Source of the DNA: Myxococcota bacterium
Lineage (GTDB): Bacteria > Myxococcota_A > Polyangia > Nannocystales > Nannocystaceae
Length of the DNA stretch: 62,059 nucleotides
Assembly: GCA_039028615.1 (NCBI GenBank)
Contig: JBCCHT010000059.1
Location: forward strand, 1-62,059
Direction: 5' to 3'
Positions 20,672 through 29,815 of this stretch are shown piece after piece. A program made the position numbers and the translations under genes. Below the pieces are notes generated by a model. It did no database searches. It had not been told where the DNA came from and worked only from the letters and a program-made list of their open reading frames with translations. The number at the start of each line of letters is the position of its first letter. Position 1 is the first letter of the stretch.

Positions 20672-21547
20672 ATGAACCCGGTCCTGTTCGAGATCCCCGG
20701 TTGGGGCCCGATCAACGCCTACGGCACCTTGATCCTCATCGGGGGGCTGCTGGCGATGCCGGGCGCGTACTGGGAGATCCGCAACCGCGGCCTGGGGCAA
20801 GGCCGGCCGGGCACCATGCTGCTCGACCTTTATCTGGTGCTGGTGTTCGGCGCGGCGATCGGCGGGCGGATTCTGCATGTCCTGACCGCCCCCGGCTCCT
20901 ACCTCGACGACCCCGCGCGCCTGTGGTCGGCGGACGGCACCGGCTTCGTGTTCTTCGGCTCGATGCTCGCCATCCTCGGCGGCTTCGCCTGGGTCGCGCG
21001 CCGCTACGGCACCACCTTCGCGGAGATCTGCGACATGGGCGGCACCTGGATGCCGCTGGGTCACGCCCTGGGTCGCACCGGCTGCCTGTTTGCCGGGTGC
21101 TGCTGGGGCGCCCCCACCGATGTGCCATGGGCGATCGAGTTCGGGCCCGAGGCGGTGGCGTTCGGGGCCGGCGAGGTGCCGCACCACGCGGGGCACACCG
21201 TGCCTTTGCATCCCACTCAGCTGTACGAGCTGACCGGCCTGCTCGCGTTGTTCGCCGTGCTCTGGTTCATCCGCCGCCGCAACGGCATCGAAACCCCCTG
21301 GCGCCAAGCCAGCCGCTACGCCATCGGCTACGGCATCCTGCGCTTTTTGGTCGAGGTCTTCCGCGGGGATCCTTCGCGCGGCTTCCTCTTCGAGGGGCAC
21401 GTGCCCACGCTCGCCGAGTGGCTCGGCCTGCCCATGCGTCAGCCCCTGGTGCTGTCGGTCTCGCAAGGCATCGCCCTGGGACTGGTGGCCCTGGGAGCCT
21501 ACGGGCTGCATCGCACCGCCTCACGCGCGGGCGCCGAACCAGCGTGA
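20672..21547 (+). CDS. lgt: Prolipoprotein diacylglyceryl transferase
   Basis: AYG, IGGRILHV, GRTGCLFAGCCWG, HPTQLYE, YGILRFLVEVFRGD. Confidence 0.93.
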   Translation: MNPVLFEIPGWGPINAYGTLILIGGLLAMPGAYWEIRNRGLGQGRPGTMLLDLYLVLVFGAAIGGRILHVLTAPGSYLDDPARLWSADGTGFVFFGSMLAILGGFAWVARRYGTTFAEICDMGGTWMPLGHALGRTGCLFAGCCWGAPTDVPWAIEFGPEAVAFGAGEVPHHAGHTVPLHPTQLYELTGLLALFAVLWFIRRRNGIETPWRQASRYAIGYGILRFLVEVFRGDPSRGFLFEGHVPTLAEWLGLPMRQPLVLSVSQGIALGLVALGAYGLHRTASRAGAEPA

Positions 21548-21596
21548 TCGGCGTGGCACCGGGCCCGCGAGGGGCTGCTATGCTCCGCGGCACCCA

Positions 21597-22358
21597 ATGG
21601 CCGCCGAAGACGACGACCGCCCCGCCCCGGACACCGATTCGCCCGACGCCTCGGCGAACCCGGCCGAAGACCTCGACGCGCCCGAGGCCTCGAACGACGA
21701 CGAGGACGAGGACGAACGCTCCGGCGCCAACGATTTCAGCGAAGACCCGGTGACCGTCGACGACGGACCGCGAGAAGAAGACTCCGCCGACGAGGCCGCG
21801 GCCGCCCCCGAGGGTCCACCGCGCTCGCATCGCTACTGGCTGGTCGCCGCCGTGACCATCGTGCTGCTCGCGGTCGACCTGTGGACCAAGCAGTGGGCCT
21901 GGGACAACCTCCGCGAGGGCGCGGTCGAGACGGTCATCGAGGGCCGCTTCTACCTCGAGTTCGGCTTCAACACCGGCTCGGCCTTCAGCCTGCTGCGCGA
22001 TGCCTCGTGGAGCCGGATGCTCTTCATCGGCATCACCGTGCTCGCCCTGCTCTACATGGGCCACATGGCCCGCAACCTGCCCACGCGCTTCGGCTCGGCC
22101 TTCGTCGCCATCGGCATGGTCTCCTCGGGTGCGCTCGGCAACCTGCACGACCGCTTCGTTCGCACCATGGTCATCGACGGCGTCGAGCGCTACGGCGTGG
22201 TCGACTTCATCAAGGTGCTGTACTGGGAAGGCAAGCCCTGGCCCACCTTCAACGTCGCCGACATCGCATTGGTCGTCGGCGTCATCTTGCTGCTCTATTT
22301 CTTGATCCGGCACGGTGACGTGCTCGATCCCCCCGCCAAGGAAGACACCAGTTCATGA
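21597..22358 (+). CDS. lspA: Lipoprotein signal peptidase II with acidic N-terminal extension
   Basis: DLWTK, NTGSAFS, GALGNLHDR, VVDFI, FNVAD; first ~75 aa are Asp/Glu-rich. Confidence 0.93.
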   Translation: MAAEDDDRPAPDTDSPDASANPAEDLDAPEASNDDEDEDERSGANDFSEDPVTVDDGPREEDSADEAAAAPEGPPRSHRYWLVAAVTIVLLAVDLWTKQWAWDNLREGAVETVIEGRFYLEFGFNTGSAFSLLRDASWSRMLFIGITVLALLYMGHMARNLPTRFGSAFVAIGMVSSGALGNLHDRFVRTMVIDGVERYGVVDFIKVLYWEGKPWPTFNVADIALVVGVILLLYFLIRHGDVLDPPAKEDTSS

Positions 22359-23068
22359 GCGACTTCGTCCGCTACGAGCGTGATGACCACGTGGCCACGC
22401 TCACCATGGATGACGGCAAGGCCAACGCGCTCGGCCCCGACATGATCGCGGCGGTCGACGCCGCGCTCGACCGCGCCGAGAACGAAGACGCCCAGGCCAT
22501 CGTGCTCGCGGGGCGACCGGGCCGCTTCTGCGCCGGCTTCGACCTACGCGTGTTGACCTCGGGCGCCGACAAGGCCCGCCCCCTGGTGATGGCCGGCAGC
22601 GCCTTGTTCACCCGTCTCTACGGCTTTCCGCGCCCCGTGGTGGCCGCGTGCACGGGCCACGCCGTGGCCGGAGGCGCGCTGCTGCTGCTGGGCGCCGACC
22701 ACCGCATCGGCGCTCGCGGGAGCTTCAAGCTCGGGCTCAACGAGGTCGCCATCGGCATCGAGCTGCCCGTGCTGGTGCGGGAGATGGCCGCCGCTCGCCT
22801 CGACAACCGCTACCACACCGAGGCGTTGCTCTTCGGCACGCTGTACGATCCCGACGACGCGGTATCGGTCGGCTACCTCGACGAGTCGGCCGACGACGAC
22901 GAGCTGCGGGCGCGAGCCACCGCCCGCGCCAAGGAGCTCACCAAGCTCCCGCGCCGTGCGTTCGCGGCCAGCAAGGGCAACCTGCGCGGGCCGGCCATCG
23001 AGCGGATCCGGGCGAACATGGAGCAGGACCTCGACCGGATCCTGGCCGCCGAGCCCAAGGTCGGCTGA
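22355..23068 (+). CDS. Crotonase / enoyl-CoA hydratase family protein
   Basis: DDGKANAL, FCAGFDL, GHAVAGG, GLNEVAIG; 4-nt overlap with the lspA stop. Confidence 0.9.
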   Translation: MSDFVRYERDDHVATLTMDDGKANALGPDMIAAVDAALDRAENEDAQAIVLAGRPGRFCAGFDLRVLTSGADKARPLVMAGSALFTRLYGFPRPVVAACTGHAVAGGALLLLGADHRIGARGSFKLGLNEVAIGIELPVLVREMAAARLDNRYHTEALLFGTLYDPDDAVSVGYLDESADDDELRARATARAKELTKLPRRAFAASKGNLRGPAIERIRANMEQDLDRILAAEPKVG

Positions 23069-23082
23069 GCCCGGTCGCGCCG

Positions 23083-24393
23083 CTACTGCTCGGCGAAGGC
23101 CAGCGTCTTGTCGATGGTCTCGAGGCGCTCGGCCTCGGGATCGCTGTCGATGACGATGCCTCCGCCCGCGCACAGGGTGAGGCCGTAGCGATCGAACACC
23201 CCGGTGCGAATCGGGATGCTCATGCGGAGCCCGCCCGGCTCGAGCAACACGATGGCCCCGCAGTAGATCCCGCGCGGATGCTGCTCGAGGCTGTCGATGA
23301 GCTCGACCGTGCGCCGCTTGGGCGCGCCCGTGATGCTCCCGCCGGGAAACACCGCCTCGACCATGGCCCGCAGCGACGTCGCGGCGGGCAGGCTGGCGCG
23401 GACCTCGGTGACCAAGTGGTGCACGGTGGGCAGCGCCAGCGGCCGCGGCTCGCTCTGGGCCTGCACCGTGCCCGGGATCGCGATACGCCCCAGATCGTTG
23501 CGCACGAGGTCGACGATCATGAGGTGCTCGGCGCGGTCTTTGGCGCTGGCCGAGAGCTCCTGCTTCGCCGCTTCGTCCCGCGCCGGATCGGCATGCCGAG
23601 GGCGCGTGCCCTTGATGGGATACGAGCGCGCCAGCGGGCCCCCGCCCTGCCCCTCGCCCCAGCGCACGTCCAGCAGGGTCTCGGGGGAGTTGGACAGAAA
23701 CCAGGTGTCGGAGTCGGCCTCGATGAGCGCGCCCATGGACGCGGGCCGACGAGCGCGGAGGCTCCCGTAGGCGCTGGCGACCCGAATCGGCGTGCCCGGC
23801 GGCGCGTCGACCTTCCAGCGCGAGCCGAAGGGCTGCGACAAGTTGATCTGATAGCTCTCGCCGGCCGCGATGTACTCGAGCGCCTGGCGGGCCTTGGCTC
23901 GATACTCCTGCGGCGTGATGCGAGCCCGCAGCGGCTCGAGCGGCCACGGCGGATTGGGCAGCGCACTCGCGGCCGCTCGATCGAGCACCGCGGCCAGCCG
24001 CGCCCCCGCATCGGGGTTGCCGATCACCCGCCGCGTGCCGGCGGGGCGCTGCTCGATCACCGCGGGATAGCGACGCAAGCACAGGCCTGGCCGTGGACCC
24101 CGCCCCGCCCCGCGACCGAGCAAGTGGTCCACGCCGAGCTCGTAGGTCAGCCACCCCATCCAGACGCGTGAAGGATCTTCGTGCCAGCGCAGCTCCACGT
24201 CGTCGAGCTGCCGCAGGTCGTCGCCTTCGATGACCAGATCGGGCTCGGCCCCGACGAAGCTACGTCCCAAGGCCGCGCCGTCGAGCCAGGCCAGGCCGGG
24301 TAGCTCCCCCTGCGACAGGCCACCCAGCACCGCCGGACCGAGGTCGGCCCCCGGCGGCGAGGTCCCTGAATCGGGGGGAGAGCCCGTCAACAT
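23083..24393 (-). CDS. pabB: Aminodeoxychorismate / anthranilate synthase component I family
   Basis: GESYQINL, SPETL, PIKGT, KDRAEHLMIVDLVRNDL, FPGGSITGAPK, RGIYCG, IPIRT; PIKGT favours PabB over TrpE. Confidence 0.85.
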   Translation of the reverse strand: MLTGSPPDSGTSPPGADLGPAVLGGLSQGELPGLAWLDGAALGRSFVGAEPDLVIEGDDLRQLDDVELRWHEDPSRVWMGWLTYELGVDHLLGRGAGRGPRPGLCLRRYPAVIEQRPAGTRRVIGNPDAGARLAAVLDRAAASALPNPPWPLEPLRARITPQEYRAKARQALEYIAAGESYQINLSQPFGSRWKVDAPPGTPIRVASAYGSLRARRPASMGALIEADSDTWFLSNSPETLLDVRWGEGQGGGPLARSYPIKGTRPRHADPARDEAAKQELSASAKDRAEHLMIVDLVRNDLGRIAIPGTVQAQSEPRPLALPTVHHLVTEVRASLPAATSLRAMVEAVFPGGSITGAPKRRTVELIDSLEQHPRGIYCGAIVLLEPGGLRMSIPIRTGVFDRYGLTLCAGGGIVIDSDPEAERLETIDKTLAFAEQ

Positions 24394-24409
24394 CGTGCGT
24401 GCAGCCCTC

Positions 24410-25024
24410 TCAAGATGCCCCAGAGGGCTCTTCTCGTGATTGCCGGAGCGTGTTGCGAAAGTCGATCGTGTACTGAATCGCGCTCGAGACCGAGAGCGCC
24501 AGCGCGACGTACAGGAAGAACATGCCGATGACGCGGAAGTCGACGAACTCGTCGGTGAGCGGCCAGCGGTAGGTGTAGCGCGCCATCACGCAGCAGATAC
24601 CGATGAGCTGGAAGACCGTCTTTTTCTTGCCGCCAAAGCCGGCCGGGATCACCACGCCCATGCTCGCGGCCACCGAGCGCAGCCCCGAGATGTAGAAATC
24701 GCGACCCATCATCAGGATGACGAGCCACGCGGGCAAGAGCCCCACCGCGACCAGCATGATCATCACCGACATCGCCATGAGCTTGTCGGCGAGCGGGTCC
24801 ATGAACTGCCCGAATACGGTCACCAGGTTCTGGCGGCGGGCGAGGAAGCCGTCGAGGATGTCGAGGGCGGACGCGGCCGCGAACAGCAGGGTCGCGATGA
24901 AGTTGTTGATGGGGTCGGTGGGATCGATGAGGATCAACACCGGCGGGATCAGGAACAGACGCCCGATGGTGATGAGGTTCGGAAGATTGAGGATCTCCCG
25001 TTTAAACGCTTCGTAGCGGCTCAA
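24410..25024 (-). CDS. pgsA: CDP-diacylglycerol--glycerol-3-phosphate 3-phosphatidyltransferase
   Basis: NLPNLITIGR, DILDGFLAR, FGQFMDPLADK, GKKKT; TTG start overlaps the upstream TGA. Confidence 0.92.
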   Translation of the reverse strand: MSRYEAFKREILNLPNLITIGRLFLIPPVLILIDPTDPINNFIATLLFAAASALDILDGFLARRQNLVTVFGQFMDPLADKLMAMSVMIMLVAVGLLPAWLVILMMGRDFYISGLRSVAASMGVVIPAGFGGKKKTVFQLIGICCVMARYTYRWPLTDEFVDFRVIGMFFLYVALALSVSSAIQYTIDFRNTLRQSREEPSGAS

Positions 25025-25680
25025 TGCTGATCGCCCCCGCCCGAAGGCGGCGTGGAAGACGAACCGGGCAGGCTCACGAACACGGCCCCCTCGCCCTCGC
25101 AGTGCAGGTACGGCACGTCGAGCTCCATGCGAGGCACGACATTGCCGACCCAGCCGACGAAGCCCTCGATGTGGACACGGTAGGGCCGATCGAGAGCGAT
25201 CTTGATGGCGACCAGCTCGCCGGGCACGCGCAGCGCGACGAGACCCTCGCCCGCGGCGCGAACCAGGGCGACATCGCGCACGCCTCGGGACCCCGGCAGC
25301 TGACCGACGTCCCACATGAGGGTGGCCTCGAGCGCCCACAGGTAGTGCTCGACGAAGAAGCACAGGTCGCGCTTGAGCTGGAGCGGGTAGAAGCGCTCCT
25401 CCTCGTGGGACAGGACCATGTGGCCCTCGCCCTCGAGCGACACGAGGCGACGGAAGACGTCGGGGACGGCACGCCCCTGCATGCGGCGATTGAGCGGCCT
25501 CGTCTCGAGGTTCTCGCTGCACACCAGCAGGGCATCGGTACGACTCATCATCTCGCCTCGCACCCTCACCATGAGGTGGCCCTCGGCCGTCAGCGACAAT
25601 GGATCGGTCTGCTCCTCGGGGTTGAGCAGCCGCCCGAACGCGAATTCGGTGACACCCGGGATTTCGGCGGAGGTCGTCAC
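25021..25680 (-). CDS. AIM24 family protein
   Basis: EGEGHMVL, GEGLVAL, VGWVGNV, CEGEGAV pattern; GTG 25680 follows TGCTAAGCT. Confidence 0.75.
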   Translation of the reverse strand: MTTSAEIPGVTEFAFGRLLNPEEQTDPLSLTAEGHLMVRVRGEMMSRTDALLVCSENLETRPLNRRMQGRAVPDVFRRLVSLEGEGHMVLSHEEERFYPLQLKRDLCFFVEHYLWALEATLMWDVGQLPGSRGVRDVALVRAAGEGLVALRVPGELVAIKIALDRPYRVHIEGFVGWVGNVVPRMELDVPYLHCEGEGAVFVSLPGSSSTPPSGGGDQH

Positions 25681-25811
25681 GATGCGGCGCGAGCTTAGCA
25701 GTCCCCGGTCGCGCCCGCACGATGGCCGAGCGGGGCCGCCCGGGGCACGACCCCTCAAACCGGCCCCTGTGCAGGCCGCTGCCTGCCCCACGGCACCAGA
25801 CCGGGCCCAGC

Positions 25812-26993
25812 TCACACACATGTGAGATCGAAATCGGGGCAGCAATCGTCGTACAACTCGCAGTCGGAATCGCACCAACAACCGGTAGACGCCTGTTCAC
25901 CACACGATCCCTCGCAGCTCGGCGCCGGGGCCCCACCGCAGGCCTCGTGAACGTCGGAGCAGCAGTCCCCGTGCTCGGTGCACGCCGCATCGCACCAGCA
26001 CCCGGCGGGTGCCTGCCGTTCGCAGTGAGCACGGCAGCCGGCCGCGTCCGCGCTCGCGCCACAGGACTCGACCGTTCCGGTGACCGCCCCGCCACCGCAG
26101 CCCTCGAGCCAAGTCCCCTGCCCCTCGCCAGGCTGGAGGGGAAACCCGATGCAGTCCGGGCCGGGTGCCCATACGCCGTGGGCATCATGACAGGGGGTGA
26201 GGTCGAGGCCGCTGCGAGCCTCGAGCCAGGGCATCGCCGCCGGAAGCAGCGCGTCGTAGCCCCCGGAGCCACACACCCCGCCCCACGAGGTCACGCCGAA
26301 GACCCGCCATGAGCCGTCGGCCAGCGGCACGAACGCGGGGCCACCCGAGTCTCCCTGGCAGGTGTCGACCCCATCGCCGCCGATCTTCACCTCGCCCGCT
26401 TCGGTGAAGCCCACCACGGGTGCCACGACCTGGCGTTTGCGACCCGAGTCCCCCCACTCGTCGTGGCCGAAGCCGACCAGCGTGACCTCGACGCCGGGCA
26501 CGAGCACGTCGAGCTCGCAGCCCATCAGCGGCGGCACGATCGGCACGTCGTCGACGGGCGAACCGAGCCGGCAGAACGCGAAGTCATCGCCGCTGCCCGG
26601 GCCGCCGCCGGGGTAGACCTCGCAGTGCTCGACGGGCACGGCGCGCTGCAGACCAGGACCCTGCAGGCTCTCGCCGAAGCGCACCTGGGCAATGCCATCG
26701 CCGCAGTGCGCCGCATAGACCACCAGCTGCGGATGCAGCAGCGTGCCCGAGCACAGGTCGGTCTCCGACACGACCCCGACGGCGCTCGGCCAGCCGCACT
26801 CCGGTACGGCCGCGCCACCGATGATCGGGGACGAAGCGGGCGGCTCACCCTGCCAGGAGTCGGAGTCGGGCTCGGGGCCCGTGCTGCCGCCATCGACCTC
26901 GGCCCCGATGGAGGGTGAGTCGGGAAGTCGCCCCGATGCGGAGGGACAGCCCCCGAGCAGAAGCAGGACCACGAAGGAAGACTTGCGTCGCAT
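25812..26993 (-). CDS. Trypsin-like (S1) serine protease lipoprotein with two C-terminal somatomedin-B-like domains
   Basis: LLGGC lipobox; CSGTL..AAHC, DFA, GDSGGP triad; two C-x3-C-x7-CWCDxxC-x4-DCCxD-x4-C units. Confidence 0.9.
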   Translation of the reverse strand: MRRKSSFVVLLLLGGCPSASGRLPDSPSIGAEVDGGSTGPEPDSDSWQGEPPASSPIIGGAAVPECGWPSAVGVVSETDLCSGTLLHPQLVVYAAHCGDGIAQVRFGESLQGPGLQRAVPVEHCEVYPGGGPGSGDDFAFCRLGSPVDDVPIVPPLMGCELDVLVPGVEVTLVGFGHDEWGDSGRKRQVVAPVVGFTEAGEVKIGGDGVDTCQGDSGGPAFVPLADGSWRVFGVTSWGGVCGSGGYDALLPAAMPWLEARSGLDLTPCHDAHGVWAPGPDCIGFPLQPGEGQGTWLEGCGGGAVTGTVESCGASADAAGCRAHCERQAPAGCWCDAACTEHGDCCSDVHEACGGAPAPSCEGSCGEQASTGCWCDSDCELYDDCCPDFDLTCV

Positions 26994-27068
26994 GGCCCCG
27001 ATCCATGCGAATGCCGTGCGACGGGTCGGGCCGAGCAAACACGGGCAGTTGCACCGGGCCGACCTCGT

Positions 27069-27112
27069 GGGTGGCCCACCCGTGGGCCGTCAGGGTGGTC
27101 CACCCGCGGGCC
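27069..27112. promoter_or_regulatory. Tandem palindromic operator-like repeat upstream of the protease gene
   Basis: GGGTGGCCCACCCGTGGGCC (27069-27088) and GGGTGGTCCACCCGCGGGCC (27093-27112), 18/20 identical, each with the palindrome GGGTGG-N-CCACCC. Confidence 0.5.
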
Positions 27113-27138
27113 ACCCGAAACTCGCGACACCGCGACGC

Positions 27139-27873
27139 TCAGCGGGCGATGTGCCGCGCGGGACCGGGCCGGTCGTCGCCGCCGAGCTGCTCTTGGCGCT
27201 CGTAGGCGTAGTAGCGCCGCAGCACCGATCGAACATACGAGCGAGTCTCGGCGAAGGGCGGCACGCCGCCATATTTTTCCACGTTGCCCGCCCCCGCGTT
27301 GTAGGCCGCGAGCACCAAGACCATGTCGCCATCGTAGCGATTGGCCAAAAGCCGCAGGTAACGGGCGCCGCCGTGCACGTTCTGGGAGGGATCGGTGGCG
27401 TCGCGAACCCCGAGCGCCTTGGCCGTCTTGGGCATCAGCTGCATGAGCCCGGTGGCCCCCGCCCGCGACACGGCGTGCGAGTAGAAATTGCTCTCGGTGT
27501 GGATCACCGCGCGCAGCAGCGCCTCGGGCAGCTGATAGCGCTGGGCCGCCGCCCGAATGATGCTGTCGTAGCGGTGCAGGCGCTCCGAGCCCAGCCGCAC
27601 GGGCGAACGCCCCGCCCGGGCCGAGGCCTTGCCGCGGGACACGTTGTCGCCGCCGCTGCCCTCGAGGGTCTTGTAGACCGTCCAGGAGCCCTTGGAGCGC
27701 TCGGGCACGTTGGTCACGTGCAGCACCCCCTGCGCATCCGTATATGCGTAGTAGTTGTTGTTGCCCGCCTGAACGTCGGAGTTCAGGCCGAGCCCGGCCC
27801 CCAGCGCCATTCCCAGGGCCCATAGGCCCAGCCGGGAGGACCATCGGGCGGACGGGAGGGCTGCGCGTGCCAT
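27139..27873 (-). CDS. Lytic transglycosylase (SLT domain) with small N-terminal DUF4124-like domain
   Basis: Signal peptide, YAYTDAQGVLHVTNVP, IHTES, GLMQLMP, AYNAG, ETRSYV; ATG 27873 is 7 nt after TATGAT. Confidence 0.92.
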   Translation of the reverse strand: MARAALPSARWSSRLGLWALGMALGAGLGLNSDVQAGNNNYYAYTDAQGVLHVTNVPERSKGSWTVYKTLEGSGGDNVSRGKASARAGRSPVRLGSERLHRYDSIIRAAAQRYQLPEALLRAVIHTESNFYSHAVSRAGATGLMQLMPKTAKALGVRDATDPSQNVHGGARYLRLLANRYDGDMVLVLAAYNAGAGNVEKYGGVPPFAETRSYVRSVLRRYYAYERQEQLGGDDRPGPARHIAR

Positions 27874-28024
27874 GGGGCCCATCATAGCCCGACGCGGCGG
27901 ACCGGGCGAAAATCCCGGTCACACCGCGTCACGGTCGTCCGCGGGCGGGCGGTGCGGACGACGAGAGCCCCGATGGGAGGCGGCAGGCAGGCAACGGCCG
28001 CCCCCCACGGGACTCGCTGGATCG

Positions 28025-29569
28025 TTATTCCTTGTCTTCGCGGAGGGTGACCGAGCCGATGTCGTAGGTCTCGCCCTCCTTCATGTCGGCGCCATACTCG
28101 GAGCCGAAGGTCAGCTGCCACTTCTTGCCGACCTTCACGGCCAGGCCGTAGGCGCCCAGCGGGACGTCGCCGATGTCGAAGTAGCCCTCGGCATCGGTGG
28201 TCGCGGCGCGGCGCGTGGGCGAGTCGGCGCAGGGCGACTTGCGGAAGAACGAGCTCGGCTTGGGGCAAATCTCGACCTCGGCGCCCGCGACTCCAGCGCC
28301 TCCCTTGAGGATCTTGCCCTTGAGGCCGCCGGTCTTGACCGGGCCGACGTCGCCGGGAAGCTCGGGGCCGGAGCCCACCACGCCGATGACCTCGACCTGT
28401 CCGGCCAGCTCGTCGATGCTGCCCGACATCCACTCGACCCGTTCGTCGGCGGGACCGACGATGGCCACGCCTGCGTCGGTGGCGATCCACAGGCGACCGG
28501 AATCGTCGGGGGTCACGTCCTCGATGCGGTCGGCGGCGAAGTCCTTGCCGGCCTTGAAGTTGGTCTTGGTGCCGTCGTCACCCACGCGGGTCACGAGGTC
28601 GGTGCTGGTCTTGAGCCCGGCGATGCCGATGGCGGAAAAGCCCAGCTCGCTGAGCATGGCGAACTTCTTGCCGACCTTGAACGACTCGATGGCATCGGGG
28701 GCCGCGAGCTTGAGCATCTTGCCCGAGCCGATGGCATAGGCCACGCCCTCGGGGCCGACGCCCACGTCCTCGAAGAACGCCTTGCGCTTGAACTGCGCGC
28801 TGGTGTCGACGGTGGTCCAGGTGTCGCCGTCGCGAAGGTGCAGCGCGTTGGCCGAGGTTACCCACACGCGGCCCTGGGCGTCCACGGCGACGGAGCGTAC
28901 GAGCTTGACGTCGGCGCCGAGCACCGATTTCTCCTCGGTGGTCCAGGCTCCGTTGGCGAAGTGGGACACGCCCTTGTAGCCGACGCCCCACAGCTCGCCG
29001 TCCTTGGTCACGGCGAATCCGTCGAGGCTGCCCGTGGACTGACCGAAGCCGGTCTCGGCGAGCAGGGTGATCTTGGCGCCCTCCAGCTTGGAGATGCCGT
29101 CGAAGCCGAGCATGTAGACGCCACCGTCGGCGCCCTGCTTGATGTCGCGGACCAGCTTGTCGGGGCTGTCGGGGATGGCGGTGAACGTGCCGCCGTCGAG
29201 CATCACGATGCCCTTGTCGCGGACCGCGAAGTAGGCGGGGCCGGGGCTGCCGGCGGCGGCGGGCTTGACGGGCGCCTGGGCGGCCGCGTCGGCCGTCTCC
29301 TCGGGCTTGGCCTCTTCGGGCTTGGCCTCTTCGGGCTTGGCGTCGGCTTTGGCGTCCGCCTTCGCGTCGGCCTTGGCATCGGCTTTGGCGTCCGCCTTCG
29401 CGTCGGCCTTGGCGACCTCGTCGCCGCCGTCCTTCTTGGCGTCGGCCTTGTCGGAGTCGGTCTTGGCGGGGGTGGGCTTGGCCTCGACGGCGTCGGAGCC
29501 CTTGTCGCAAGCAGCGAGCAGGCCGGCCATGGCGAGGACCGTGAGAGTGGTGCGGCGAATCTGAGACAT
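28025..29569 (-). CDS. Lipoprotein: Lys/Ala/Asp linker, beta-propeller-like region, C-terminal carboxypeptidase-regulatory-like domain
   Basis: LAAC lipobox; blade-like repeats (VDAQGRVWV, DDSGRLWIAT, KDGELWG); TTDAEGYFDIGDVPLGAY; GGAG SD. Confidence 0.8.
   Translation of the reverse strand: MSQIRRTTLTVLAMAGLLAACDKGSDAVEAKPTPAKTDSDKADAKKDGGDEVAKADAKADAKADAKADAKADAKADAKPEEAKPEEAKPEETADAAAQAPVKPAAAGSPGPAYFAVRDKGIVMLDGGTFTAIPDSPDKLVRDIKQGADGGVYMLGFDGISKLEGAKITLLAETGFGQSTGSLDGFAVTKDGELWGVGYKGVSHFANGAWTTEEKSVLGADVKLVRSVAVDAQGRVWVTSANALHLRDGDTWTTVDTSAQFKRKAFFEDVGVGPEGVAYAIGSGKMLKLAAPDAIESFKVGKKFAMLSELGFSAIGIAGLKTSTDLVTRVGDDGTKTNFKAGKDFAADRIEDVTPDDSGRLWIATDAGVAIVGPADERVEWMSGSIDELAGQVEVIGVVGSGPELPGDVGPVKTGGLKGKILKGGAGVAGAEVEICPKPSSFFRKSPCADSPTRRAATTDAEGYFDIGDVPLGAYGLAVKVGKKWQLTFGSEYGADMKEGETYDIGSVTLREDKE
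29297..29413 (-). repeat. Coding tandem repeats (KADA)x6 and (KPEE)x3
   Basis: 12-nt and 15-nt imperfect tandem units within the lipoprotein gene. Confidence 0.9.
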
Positions 29570-29815
29570 CGGTGGGGTTCTCCGGGGGCGAGCGGCTCCA
29601 GCGCGCGGCGGGGGGCCGCCCGAGAAGACGGGGACTCGTGCGCGAGGTTGCAGCCGACGACTCAACCAGTTCCAGACGACAGGCGTCCTCATCTGCCCCT
29701 CACGCGAGTGCAAGCTCACTTGTCGAGGCCCTACGCCGGGATCTCTGCGCCCACCCGGCGGCAGGATGTCGACCGCGACTCGTGGGTGTGTATTTGTGGG
29801 TGAAGCCAGCGAAAA

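Noticed and set aside
24410..26272. 620-aa ORF as a pgsA fusion
   Set aside because: Only the last ~204 aa match PgsA; the upstream part overlaps the AIM24 and protease genes in other frames.
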